Source of the DNA: an uncultured Acidobacteriota bacterium
GTDB taxonomy: Bacteria > Acidobacteriota > Thermoanaerobaculia > UBA5066 > DATFVB01
DNA: 64,000 bases
Assembly (NCBI GenBank): GCA_963813155.1
Contig: CAWEYG010000003.1
Coordinates: forward strand, 832,001-896,000
Direction of reading: 5' to 3'
Part shown: piece by piece, positions 51,472-60,381 of the stretch
How positions within the stretch are numbered: position 1 is the stretch's first letter
Layout: every line of letters starts with the position of its first letter
Program-made: the position numbers and the translations under genes
Notes under the pieces: model-generated
What the model was told of the DNA's origin: nothing
Database searches by the model: none
The model's input: only the letters and a program-made list of their open reading frames with translations

Positions 51472-52879
51472 CTATTCGCGGAAGTGCCGGATGCTATTGG
51501 CGTAGTAGTTCAGGACCGGGAGCTCGGACGTGCGCGCCCGAAACAGGCCTTCGCGCTCGTCCACCAGGTGCCGAAGGGTCAGCGCGCGAAGCCCGACGGC
51601 GATCGCGTAGTCCTGATCCTTTCGCGGAACGTAGACGTGGGCGCCGCGCGACTCCAGCTCCTTCGCGAGCTCGTAGACGCGGCCCTTGATCTCGAGCTCG
51701 CCGAACTCGCGATCCGGCCACTCGGCGAAAACAGTCGCGACGAGCGAGACCGGCAGCACGGGAATGACGCGGCCGAGCGCCTTCATCAAAGCGTCCGCGA
51801 ACTCGCCGACGCGGCGAAACCTCTCCTCCCGCGGCAATCGGCCGAAATCGAGGTTCTCCCGCGCCGCGTAACCCTTCAGCGAGATCGGCGCTCCGAAGTT
51901 GACGCAGGCATACCCGAATCGGTGCCAGCGATTTCGGGCGAGGAGCGCGAGGTTTCGAACGACGAAGAACGCGGCCGTGCGAAGAGCCGCCGCCCGGCCC
52001 CTCCGGGGCTCATCGGAGAGCTCGCGCAGGAGGGTGCGGTCCTCCAGCGTCCGGTCGTAGTTGATGCCGACCGGGATGAAGACGAGATCCCGCGGCGTTT
52101 CCGGGTCGAAGCGACTTCAGCATGTAGTCGAGAAGGCCGAGCTTCGGGCGCTGCAGGCGCCCGTCGCGGGACAGGCCTCCCTCCGGAAACAGGGCCTGCG
52201 TCACGCCGGCGGCCGTCGCCATCGCGACGTACCGCTCGAGCACCCGGCGGTAGAGCGGATTCTTCGAGTTTCGCCGCACGAAATACGCCCCCATCGCGCG
52301 GACGAGCGTCTGCAGCGGCCAGATCCTCGCCCATTCGCCGACCGCGTACGACAGCGCGGCCTTCTCCGCCGCCAGGTAGGCGACGAGCACGTAGTCCATG
52401 TTGCTCCGGTGGTTGATCACGAAAACGACGGTCGCGTCGGGGGGAATGGCGGAAAGCGCCTCGTCGTCCGAAGTGCCGAGCCTCACACGGTAGAGAGCGC
52501 GCGCAAAGCGCCGCGCCAGCGAATAGCCGACTCGAAAATAGATGTAGGCGTTGAATGCCGGGACGATCTCCCGCGAGTAGCGTCGGACGCGGTCCATCGC
52601 GACGGCGCGCGGCATCTGCTCGTCCCGCGCGAAGTCATCGGCCGCCTCCAGGACTTTCGGGTCGTACTGGAGACGGTCGATGAGGACCTGCCGTTTCGTC
52701 AGCTTGAACGGCTGGATCCGGATGTGGAGACGGGTGTTGAGCTCTTCGAGCACGCGGTTGACGCGGCGACGAAGGAACCACCGGACGCTCGGGAAGAAGA
52801 TCCGGTCGAGCGCGGCCCACAGCGCGAGCGCGAGCACGACGAGCGCGGCCCACAGCGGAAGCGTCACCGATCGAGGCAT
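51472..52879 (-). CDS. Glycerol-3-phosphate acyltransferase (PlsB-like); apparent frameshift near 52110
   Basis: INHRSNMDY and FPEGGLSRDG; continues IPVGINYDR...VNFGAP...YYANSI in another frame. Confidence 0.82.
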
Positions 52880-52927
52880 GGAGTTTCCCGCCAAGCATAC
52901 GCCGTCAAACGCGATGACCTGCGGCGA

Positions 52928-53101
52928 GGGAGGTGGTCGCGAGAGAGGGAATCGGCTGTTTGAGGCGCCGTCTCGTGCGCCGACCCAAGGTGGAGGCTCG
53001 ATGACTTCCAATCACGAAGCCAGGTCAGCCTCCCCTGTTCACACTGCAGCGGTCGGCGCAAGGCGACGAGTTCCGATTCCCGAACGAGCGAGCCACCTCC
53101 C
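52928..53101. repeat. Long imperfect intergenic hairpin, copy A
   Basis: Nested pairs GGGAGGTGG/CCACCTCCC, GGGAATCGG/CCGATTCCC, TGCGCCGACC/GGTCGGCGCA and GGAGGCT/AGCCTCC. Confidence 0.8.
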
Positions 53102-53119
53102 GAGATGCAGAGCGAAGCG

Positions 53120-53692
53120 CTATTTCTTTGCGGCGGCCTTCTTCGTCGCCTTCTCGCGCTTTTCGGTCGCCTTGAACAGCTCCGACCACGTCTGGCCGTC
53201 CGGCGAGATGGACCACGACATCGTGTTCTCGTCCGGCGAGACCTGGGTCACGATGAACCGGCCCTTCATCGTCTTGTCACCCATCTTCTGCTCGTTGCTC
53301 CAGGTCCATTTGTTTCCGTCCACGGTCCCGGTCGCCGTTTCGTGCGTACCCATGCTGTCGAACGAGGTGTATGTGTAGACCTTGTCGTCCGCGTTGTAGC
53401 CGAACATCTCGAGCCCCGTGCTCTTGCCCATCGGCCCGGTGCCCTCCACATGGCACGTCAGGAAATAATTTCCCGCGAACCAGGAGCAATGCTCGGTGGC
53501 TGTCATTTTCCCGCCGGGGCCCATCGGGCTCTTCATCATTTCGCCCGTGAGATGCCACGTCCCCGCGAACGAGGCCAGCTTCTGGACCTCGGGCGCGGGT
53601 TTCGGCATTTCTGCCTTCTTCGTTTCCGCGGCGAAAGCAAGCGCGGAGATGGCGAGGATCAGGGTGGGCAGTACGAACGAGGTCTTTTTCAT
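53120..53692 (-). CDS. Secreted DUF1579-like protein
   Basis: Signal peptide, PKPAPEVQKL..FAGTW, GYNADDKVY and DSMG; RBS AAGGGAGG upstream. Confidence 0.75.
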   Translation of the reverse strand: MKKTSFVLPTLILAISALAFAAETKKAEMPKPAPEVQKLASFAGTWHLTGEMMKSPMGPGGKMTATEHCSWFAGNYFLTCHVEGTGPMGKSTGLEMFGYNADDKVYTYTSFDSMGTHETATGTVDGNKWTWSNEQKMGDKTMKGRFIVTQVSPDENTMSWSISPDGQTWSELFKATEKREKATKKAAAKK

Positions 53693-53730
53693 GAGTCCTC
53701 CCTTTCGGGGGGAATCTTACCTCCGTAAGA

Positions 53731-56016
53731 TCACCCCGATTCCTCCCGTTGCACGGGCGAGGCGGGCAAACGGCCGAGAACCGGCAGGCCCCCCGCACCG
53801 ACGCGCCCGAAGCTCAAAACGCCGGTCGGGCACATCTGAACGCACGCGGAGCAAGCCACGCACTCGGGGTCCTCCATCGGCGCACCCTTGTTCGCGAAGC
53901 TCATCACGTCGATCCCCTGGTGACAAACGGACGTGCAGACATTGCAGGAGATGCACTTCGACTTCTCCGGAAAGATCCGGAATTTCGAAAAGCGCGCGTA
54001 CACGTGCATCAGCGCCGCGAGCGGGCAGGCGAACCGGCACCAGACGCGGCCCGAGAACCAGAAGTAGAGACCCACCCCCAGGATCCCCGCGAGGAAGATG
54101 TCCACGGACCAGGAATAGTTCAAAAAAGGGATTCCCTCGAAGAGAGCGTGGAACACGCGCGCCGGCCGCGATCCGGGGCCCTCCGCCCACCCCGCGATCC
54201 GGAACCCCAGGACAAGGACGGCGAATCCGAGGACCGCCTGGCCCGCCATGTTGACGCGGTTCCACAGCGGGCCGTGCGGCATCTTCTGGCGGTGCGCGTC
54301 CCCGAGAGTCTCCGCCAGGGCTCCGCACGAGCAGATCCAGCCGCAGTACGCGCCTTTTCCCCAGCGGCGGATCAGCAGCGGGAGGATTACACAGGTCTGG
54401 ACGAAGCAGATCGCGAGCCACAGCCACATCGGGCGATCGGTGAACACGTTGTAGACGTTCAGGGGGAAGGCGAGGACGAATCCGTAGGACCGCCAGTAGG
54501 CGCGCTCGCGCCCGATCGCGTCGTAGCGCTCGAAGAGATGGTCGGCGAGCCACTGGGCCGCCCCGCCGTGCGAAAAGAAGCCGTTCCGGCCCATCCATGG
54601 GAGAAGGATCTCCGGAAGGAGGAACAGCGGCAGGCACTGAATCGCGATCAACGTCAGCGTCTGGAGCGTGACGTACGGCGTCTTCCGACGGCGGATTCGG
54701 CGGACGCCGAAAATGGCCACGAGCGCGCAGTAGACGAGCGTGTAATAGAACGCCGGATTGCCGAGCCCGCGCCGGACCGTGAAGAGCAGGTTCGTCTCGC
54801 GATTCGACCAGTCGGCGATCTTCCCGCCCGCCGCATCGATCGCAGCGGGAACTCCGTAAGGAAACGCGCTCCGCGCCTCGGCCCAGCTCTGGATGGGAAC
54901 CTCCGGATGGCGGCTCTTCCAGTTGAAGAGCACGGTGCACAGGATCAGGAACGCCGCGAGGCCGGCGTACGCCGCGACTCCAAGCTCTCCCCGGATGCGA
55001 ATGCCGGACCGGCGGAAGAAGTCCAGCGGCGCCTCGCGCCCGATCATCGAAAACACGATATCGTTTGGAAGCCGTTGCTCCTTGCCCCCGGCGCTCCTCA
55101 GGACGACCTCCGCGGGCTCGATCCGCAAAAGCTCGCTGCCCATCTCGACGCGGAGAGAGGCCGGCGACCCGTCCCGCTCGCGTTGCCGAATCCCGTGGAG
55201 GTTTTCCGCTTTGGGCCGCGAGAACGACGTTCGCCGGTACGACAGGATCACGCGCGCGCCGGCGTCCGCGAGCGCGATCGCGGTCTCGAGGGCCGCGTCG
55301 CCGCCCCCGACGACGAGCGCGTCCTGCCCGGCGAAATCCTTCGGGTCGTGGAGCCGGTCGTACACCTTGCCCGAGCTCTCGCCGGGAACGTTCAGCTTCC
55401 GATGGCCGCCGCTGCGGCCGATCGCGACGATGACCCGGCGCGCGGTCGATGTGCTCCCGCCGGCATGGTGCAGGACCAGGAGATCCCCCTTCCGTTCGAT
55501 CCGTTCGATCCGCGCCGGCGTCACCTCGATCCCCGCCGATCGGCGGAATCCCTCCAGACTCTCGAGAAGCTCCTCCTTGGGATGGACTTCCGATTCGAAC
55601 TGCAGGTCTCCCGCGGGCGTCATTCCGCGCGGATACGTGTAGATCGGCTTTCCCTTCGGAAAATTCTCGACGGTCGAGAAGGCGTCGGCGGCTTCGAACA
55701 CTCGAAAGCGCAGCCCCGCCTTCTTCGCTTCGATCGCCGCTGCGATGCCGGAGACCCCCGCGCCGATGATCGCGAGGTCGTCGCCCGTGGCTCCCTCCCC
55801 GGCGGACTGGAAACCCGGCTCGTCCAGAATCGCCTTCACCGCGCGCGCACCGCTGTCGGAAGCGAACTTCAGCAGAGGGATCCCCGTCAGGTCGCCGACG
55901 ATCCGAACGCCCGGGATTGCCGTCGTTCCGTCGGCGCGGACCTCGGGGAGCGGCTCGACCGTCCCCGCCGGCCACCGCGTGTGGAGCCAATCGGCATATT
56001 TCCGAAAAACGTTCAC
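53731..56016 (-). CDS. FAD/NAD(P)H oxidoreductase (TrxB-like) fused to a membrane 4Fe-4S (NapH/FixG-like) domain
   Basis: IIGAGVSG and VVGGGDAALE; TM helices with YCGWICSCG and WCRFACP; two CxxCxxCxxxC ferredoxin motifs. Confidence 0.85.
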   Translation of the reverse strand: MNVFRKYADWLHTRWPAGTVEPLPEVRADGTTAIPGVRIVGDLTGIPLLKFASDSGARAVKAILDEPGFQSAGEGATGDDLAIIGAGVSGIAAAIEAKKAGLRFRVFEAADAFSTVENFPKGKPIYTYPRGMTPAGDLQFESEVHPKEELLESLEGFRRSAGIEVTPARIERIERKGDLLVLHHAGGSTSTARRVIVAIGRSGGHRKLNVPGESSGKVYDRLHDPKDFAGQDALVVGGGDAALETAIALADAGARVILSYRRTSFSRPKAENLHGIRQRERDGSPASLRVEMGSELLRIEPAEVVLRSAGGKEQRLPNDIVFSMIGREAPLDFFRRSGIRIRGELGVAAYAGLAAFLILCTVLFNWKSRHPEVPIQSWAEARSAFPYGVPAAIDAAGGKIADWSNRETNLLFTVRRGLGNPAFYYTLVYCALVAIFGVRRIRRRKTPYVTLQTLTLIAIQCLPLFLLPEILLPWMGRNGFFSHGGAAQWLADHLFERYDAIGRERAYWRSYGFVLAFPLNVYNVFTDRPMWLWLAICFVQTCVILPLLIRRWGKGAYCGWICSCGALAETLGDAHRQKMPHGPLWNRVNMAGQAVLGFAVLVLGFRIAGWAEGPGSRPARVFHALFEGIPFLNYSWSVDIFLAGILGVGLYFWFSGRVWCRFACPLAALMHVYARFSKFRIFPEKSKCISCNVCTSVCHQGIDVMSFANKGAPMEDPECVACSACVQMCPTGVLSFGRVGAGGLPVLGRLPASPVQREESG

Positions 56017-56067
56017 GACGGCTTCTCCCTCGCGATTTGCGCCTCGCTAGTTTACGCTCGCAGGCTC

Positions 56068-56676
56068 ATGAACGACTTCTCGATGACGCCCCGCGAGGCG
56101 AGGTTCCTGCGGAGCCTCGACCCGGCCTGGAAGATCCAGAAATATCTCGACGGCATCGATTACGACGTCCGAGGAGCCCACTGTCGCTCTCCCCGACGGG
56201 TGCTGCGGGAAAAAACGGCCCAGTGCATGGACGGGGCCCTGTTCGCGGCGGCCGCTCTTCGCCTGCAGGGCCGCCCGCCGCTCATCCTCGATCTCGAAGC
56301 CGAGCGGGACGACGACCATGTCCTGGCGGTGTTCCGGGAACGCGGATGCTGGGGGGCGATCGGCCGTTCGAACTACTCCGGGCTCCGTTTTCGCGAACCG
56401 ATCCATCGAACTCTCCGCGAGCTCGTCCTGTCCTACTTCGAGTCGTATTTCAATCTCCGGCGCGAAAAGACGCTGCGGCGATACGCTCGCCGCCCGGTCG
56501 ATCTTTCGCGGTTCGACGGTCGAAACTGGATGACCTCGGAAGAAGACCTGTGGTTCATTCCGCACTACCTCGAAGAGATCGCGCACGTGAGGCTCCTGAC
56601 GCCTTCGCAGGAGCGGCGGCTCGGGCGCGTCGACGCGAGGATGTTCGCCGCGGGAAAAGTCGGGCGGGAAGAGTAG
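56068..56676 (+). CDS. Conserved hypothetical protein (transglutaminase-like Cys-His)
   Basis: KIQKYLD..Y, CRSPRRV, AQCMDGALFAAAAL, DDDHVLA, WGAIGRSN and LRELVLSYF. Confidence 0.7.
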   Translation: MNDFSMTPREARFLRSLDPAWKIQKYLDGIDYDVRGAHCRSPRRVLREKTAQCMDGALFAAAALRLQGRPPLILDLEAERDDDHVLAVFRERGCWGAIGRSNYSGLRFREPIHRTLRELVLSYFESYFNLRREKTLRRYARRPVDLSRFDGRNWMTSEEDLWFIPHYLEEIAHVRLLTPSQERRLGRVDARMFAAGKVGREE

Positions 56677-56700
56677 GACATTGCTCAACCGGAGCCACTC

Positions 56701-56722
56701 GTCATCCCCGCGAACGCGGGGA
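56701..56722. repeat. REP-like hairpin element, left arm (split by IS30)
   Basis: GTCATCCCCGCGAACGCGGGGA is an internal palindrome and is inverted relative to 57784-57811. Confidence 0.85.
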
Positions 56723-57712
56723 GGTGGATTCACATTTGAAGTGCAACAGATGAGAGAAGACCTCGGCCGGGGTTTGGAAGTCAAGGCATTTCCTAGGTGT
56801 GTGATTGTAGAGTTGGGCAAGGCGGAGGATTTGGCTCGTGGGAAGGACTGCCAGGTCGGTTTTTCGGGGGAGGAAGCGACGAAGCCGGCCGATGGCATTT
56901 TCGACTCCGCCCTTCTGCCAAGGAGACCGTGGATCGCAAAAGAATGTTTCGACTCCGAGGGTTTTCCCCAGGCGGTGATGGAAAGCGAACTCGGTTCCGT
57001 TGTCGAAGGTCACGGTGCGGCGCAGGGACGGGGGAAGAGGTCGCAGAAGATTTTCGATGGTAGAGACAAGAGGTGCGGCGGCCTTGCTTTGTTGACGCAG
57101 GATAACCGTCAGTCGAGAAGTACGTTCGTGAAGGGCCAAGACGGCCTGCCCATAGGTGGCAAAGAGCATGAGATCGGCCTCCCAATGGCCAGGGTTGGTT
57201 CGGTCACTGGCTTCTGGGGGTCGCAGAGCAATGGGGACACGGTCTTGGATGTGCACGGTCGAGTTGCCGTGTTTTGGGGAGCGTCGGCCGCGCTTGCTCT
57301 TGCCGCGGGGGAGGTAGAGCCGCCAGGAGTAATCCTTGGTGCGAGCGATCTGAGCGGCGATGAAGCGATAAATGGTTTCATGACTGACAACCGGCCGGCC
57401 TTCTTCGCGCGCGAGCCTGCCGGCGACCTCCTGCGGCGACCATCCCTGACTGAGGCGGTCCAAGACCAGAGCCTGGAGGTCGGGCCGACGCAACAGTTTG
57501 CTGCCGGTCCAGCGCCGTGCCTTGGCCTGTTGACCGGCGTAAACGGGCTGATACCCGCCCGACGTCGTGCAGTTGCGCTTCAGCTCCCGAGCAACGCTCG
57601 ATGGCGCGCGATCCAGACCTGCCGCGATTTGCCGGATCGATTGCCCGGCGCAGCGACGCCGGGCAATCTCACACCGTTCCTGGATCCCAAGCTGCCCGTA
57701 TTGGCGCCCCAT
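56702..57712 (-). CDS. IS30-family DDE transposase
   Basis: HTH SIRQIAAGLDRAPSSVARELKRN, WSPQEVA, SHETIY, GHWEAD, TFDNGTEF and PWQKGGVEN. Confidence 0.95.
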   Translation of the reverse strand: MGRQYGQLGIQERCEIARRRCAGQSIRQIAAGLDRAPSSVARELKRNCTTSGGYQPVYAGQQAKARRWTGSKLLRRPDLQALVLDRLSQGWSPQEVAGRLAREEGRPVVSHETIYRFIAAQIARTKDYSWRLYLPRGKSKRGRRSPKHGNSTVHIQDRVPIALRPPEASDRTNPGHWEADLMLFATYGQAVLALHERTSRLTVILRQQSKAAAPLVSTIENLLRPLPPSLRRTVTFDNGTEFAFHHRLGKTLGVETFFCDPRSPWQKGGVENAIGRLRRFLPRKTDLAVLPTSQILRLAQLYNHTPRKCLDFQTPAEVFSHLLHFKCESTSPRSRG

Positions 57713-57759
57713 CGCAGCACCCCCATCAGAAGGTGTTGCACTTCGTTTGTGAAATCAAA
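56723..57759 (-). mobile_element. IS30-family insertion sequence, 1037 bp, with 26-bp imperfect terminal IRs and 3-bp target duplication GGA
   Basis: IRs GGTGGATTCACATTTGAAGTGCAACA (56723-56748) and TGTTGCACTTCGTTTGTGAAATCAAA (57734-57759); GGA at 56720-56722 and 57760-57762. Confidence 0.92.
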
Positions 57760-57811
57760 GGATCGCTCCGTGGTGCCCGCCCCGAGCGATTCCCGCTTGC
57801 GCGGGAATGAC
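57760..57811. repeat. REP-like hairpin element, spacer and right arm
   Basis: GGATCGCTC-15 nt-GAGCGATTCCCGCTTGCGCGGGAATGAC; contains ATTCCC-N8-GGGAAT. Confidence 0.85.
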
Positions 57812-57842
57812 CTATTCGTCCACGTGCTCACGCCTCACTTGC

Positions 57843-59786
57843 TCACGCCTTACTCCAGGAAGTCGTCGCCTCGTGGACCTTCGCCTCGATGAAGATCGAG
57901 AGAAGCTCGGCATCGAGCGCGCCCCGTTTCGCCTCGGACCGGAGAATGTCGAGCGCGCCCTCGGGCGCGACTGCGCGCTTGTACGGCCGGTCGGACGCGG
58001 AAAGGGCGTCGTAGATGTCGCAGATCGTCATCATGCGCGCCGGCGGAGGCAGATCGTCGGCGCGAAGGCCCCGGGGGTAGCCGGACCCGTTCAGTTTCTC
58101 GTGATGGAGGTAGGCGAGCTCGGGGACGCGCGACAGCTCGGGGGTCCACGGGATTCGAGAGAGAAACCGGTACGTCTGGGTCACGTGCGACTCGATCTCC
58201 TTTCTCTCCTCCGGATTCAGGCTTCCCTTCGGGATACCGAGGTAGGCTTCTTCCTCGGCCAGCACGAGGGGCTGGGGATCGCCGGCGGCGTCGAACCACT
58301 GGAGCTTGCGCAGCTCTTCGACGCGCGCCGCGGTCTCCTCCTCGAGAACCGTGGGACGGTCGGCGTCGAGGATCAGCTGCCACGCGATGTCGAGGTCGCG
58401 GATCCCCCGGGCGATCTCGTCTCGCGCCTCCCGAACGGGTATTCCCTTCCGGGCCGCCTTCTCCCAGACCCGGGCGGCGGTCGCGAAGCGGGCCTTCTCC
58501 AGCCGCTCGGCGAGCAGCGGAAGCCGTCCGGGGGGAAGCTTGTTCGCCTTCACGAGGACCCACTCGCGGACCCCCACCTTCCCGAAGTCGTGCAGCACGG
58601 CCGCGTACCGCAGCGCCGTCATCTCGGCCGGGGAGATTCGAAAATCGGCGTAGGGACCGCGCGCGATCTTCTGTGCGGCCTCCGCGAGCGTGCAGGTGAG
58701 AATCGCGACGCGTTCGGAATGCCCGGACGTCGTGGGGTCGCGCTGCTCGATCGCGGTAACCGCCGCGCCGACGAATCCTTCGAAAAGGCGCTTCAGGTGC
58801 TCGGTCAGCCGCGCATTCTCGAGCGCGACGGCGGCCTGGGACGCGAGCGAGCGCGCGATCTCTTCGTTCTGCTCGTCGAACGGCACGGTCTCCAGCCGGA
58901 TCATGGCCGTCGTGGCGAGATCGGGAACGACGTGCCGCTTGCGATTCATGAGCTGGAGCACTCCCAGAACGCGGCCCTGCGCGTTCTTCATGGGAACGAC
59001 GAGCATCGATTTCGTGCGATAGCGATTCGTTTCGTCCCAGCCCCGGTTGAAGTGGTAGGGCGCGCCCTCGGGAAGGCGGTAGACATCGTCGATGCGCAGG
59101 ACCGCGGCCGTCGACGCAACGTAGCCCGCGATCGAGGCCATGTCGACCGGCAGGGAATGATCCTCGAAATCGATCGCGACCGAGTCGTTCTGAGCGACCT
59201 GGAACCGAAGCGTCTCCGGGTCGTGCGGCTCGATCAGGTAAAGGCTTCCGGCGTTGGCCTGCGTGAGGTCCCGGGCCCGGGACAGAACCTCGCGGATCAG
59301 GTTCCGGGGATCCGTTTCGGCGGCGAGCGAGATTCCGATCTGATTCAGGTTCTCGATCGCGCGCGTGCGCTCCGCGAGAGCGCGGCGGGAGCGCGCGGAG
59401 ATCGTTCGCTCTTCGAGGAACCGGAAGACGGACCTCACGGCGCGAGCCAGATGGTGTTCGGGAGCGCTCTCGGGAATCGAGAAGTACACGCGCGGAGGCC
59501 AGAAAGGATCCGTGGCGCCCGCCCGATCTCCGACGACGATCACGCCGACCCGTTCCGCCCCTTCTCCGATCCCTTCCGGCGGGGGCGAGGCCAGTTCCGC
59601 GTGCAGCGCGCGATCGAGCAGGAGCACCGCGACATCGTCGGGCCCGAGCGCGAGGCCGCCGCGGTTGAACTCGCTCGCCTCGATTCCCTCCCCGGGAAGC
59701 GACGAGAGCAGAGAGTCGATCCTTTCGCCCCGGCGGTGCAGCAAGCACCGGCGAAAACTCTTGGTCGGAGGCCGGTCCTGCGACAT
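57843..59786 (-). CDS. GAF + HD-GYP cyclic di-GMP phosphodiesterase
   Basis: GAF domain (SIAGYVA, YRTKSMLVVPM), RDPTTSGHSERV, LHDFGKVG, HHEKLNGSGYP and DIYDAL..RPYK. Confidence 0.92.
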   Translation of the reverse strand: MSQDRPPTKSFRRCLLHRRGERIDSLLSSLPGEGIEASEFNRGGLALGPDDVAVLLLDRALHAELASPPPEGIGEGAERVGVIVVGDRAGATDPFWPPRVYFSIPESAPEHHLARAVRSVFRFLEERTISARSRRALAERTRAIENLNQIGISLAAETDPRNLIREVLSRARDLTQANAGSLYLIEPHDPETLRFQVAQNDSVAIDFEDHSLPVDMASIAGYVASTAAVLRIDDVYRLPEGAPYHFNRGWDETNRYRTKSMLVVPMKNAQGRVLGVLQLMNRKRHVVPDLATTAMIRLETVPFDEQNEEIARSLASQAAVALENARLTEHLKRLFEGFVGAAVTAIEQRDPTTSGHSERVAILTCTLAEAAQKIARGPYADFRISPAEMTALRYAAVLHDFGKVGVREWVLVKANKLPPGRLPLLAERLEKARFATAARVWEKAARKGIPVREARDEIARGIRDLDIAWQLILDADRPTVLEEETAARVEELRKLQWFDAAGDPQPLVLAEEEAYLGIPKGSLNPEERKEIESHVTQTYRFLSRIPWTPELSRVPELAYLHHEKLNGSGYPRGLRADDLPPPARMMTICDIYDALSASDRPYKRAVAPEGALDILRSEAKRGALDAELLSIFIEAKVHEATTSWSKA

Positions 59787-59795
59787 GGATGCCGC

Positions 59796-60380
59796 TCAGG
59801 CGCCCGTCAGGTCCTTGAGAAGCTCCGACACGGTTTCGGGAGACAACTCCGCCTCCCCGCGATTTTCGCCGTGGGAAAGCACGAGCCGGGCCCGGCCGGC
59901 GCCGGCGAGCGCCGAAGAGCCTTCGGGTCCCAGCGGAAAGCGGATGTAATGCACAGCCGAGATCTTATCTTCCCGCCCGTGACCTTCCTCGAAATTCGCG
60001 AAATACCTGCGGCCGCCGATCTCCATCCAGAGGCTCCTGCCTTCGTCCAGCCCGATGAACGAGTCGAGAATCGGCTTCACCCGGGCTTCCTCGGTCACCT
60101 CGACGAACAGCGTCGCGGCGACCTCGCCCGGTTCCGGCAGGAGCGAATTGTAGACGTCGATCTCCTCCTGAATCTTCGCGGGCTCGACGATCCGCTCGGC
60201 CCGAAGCATCTCCTGGATCTGGAAGAGGACCGTGTCGCGGTTCTCGAAAACGAGCGTCACGAGCGGGCCCACCGAAACCCGGCGGAGAGCCTTCTTCTCG
60301 ATCACCCGGCGGCGAAACTCGGGCCGGGCGAGCTCGTATTCGTGGAGATTTTGCAACGACGTGATCGAGATCTTCTGCAT
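59796..60380 (-). CDS. DUF3501 family protein
   Basis: FENRDTVLFQIQEMLRAE, EIDVYNSLLP and KISAVHYIRF; downstream of rubrerythrin and FeS oxidoreductase. Confidence 0.88.
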   Translation of the reverse strand: MQKISITSLQNLHEYELARPEFRRRVIEKKALRRVSVGPLVTLVFENRDTVLFQIQEMLRAERIVEPAKIQEEIDVYNSLLPEPGEVAATLFVEVTEEARVKPILDSFIGLDEGRSLWMEIGGRRYFANFEEGHGREDKISAVHYIRFPLGPEGSSALAGAGRARLVLSHGENRGEAELSPETVSELLKDLTGA

Positions 60381-60381
60381 C

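Noticed and set aside
52928-53101. Hairpin A as 6S RNA, SRP RNA or an integron attC site
   Set aside because: No SRP GGAA-tetraloop domain, no RYYYAAC/GTTRRRY ends and no clear 6S central bubble or usual gene context; left unassigned pending an Rfam search.
57825-57854. 15-bp tandem duplication TGCTCACGCCT(C/T)ACT at the HD-GYP 3' end
   Set aside because: Only two units and no spacers, so it is not a CRISPR array; probably a short low-complexity intergenic repeat.
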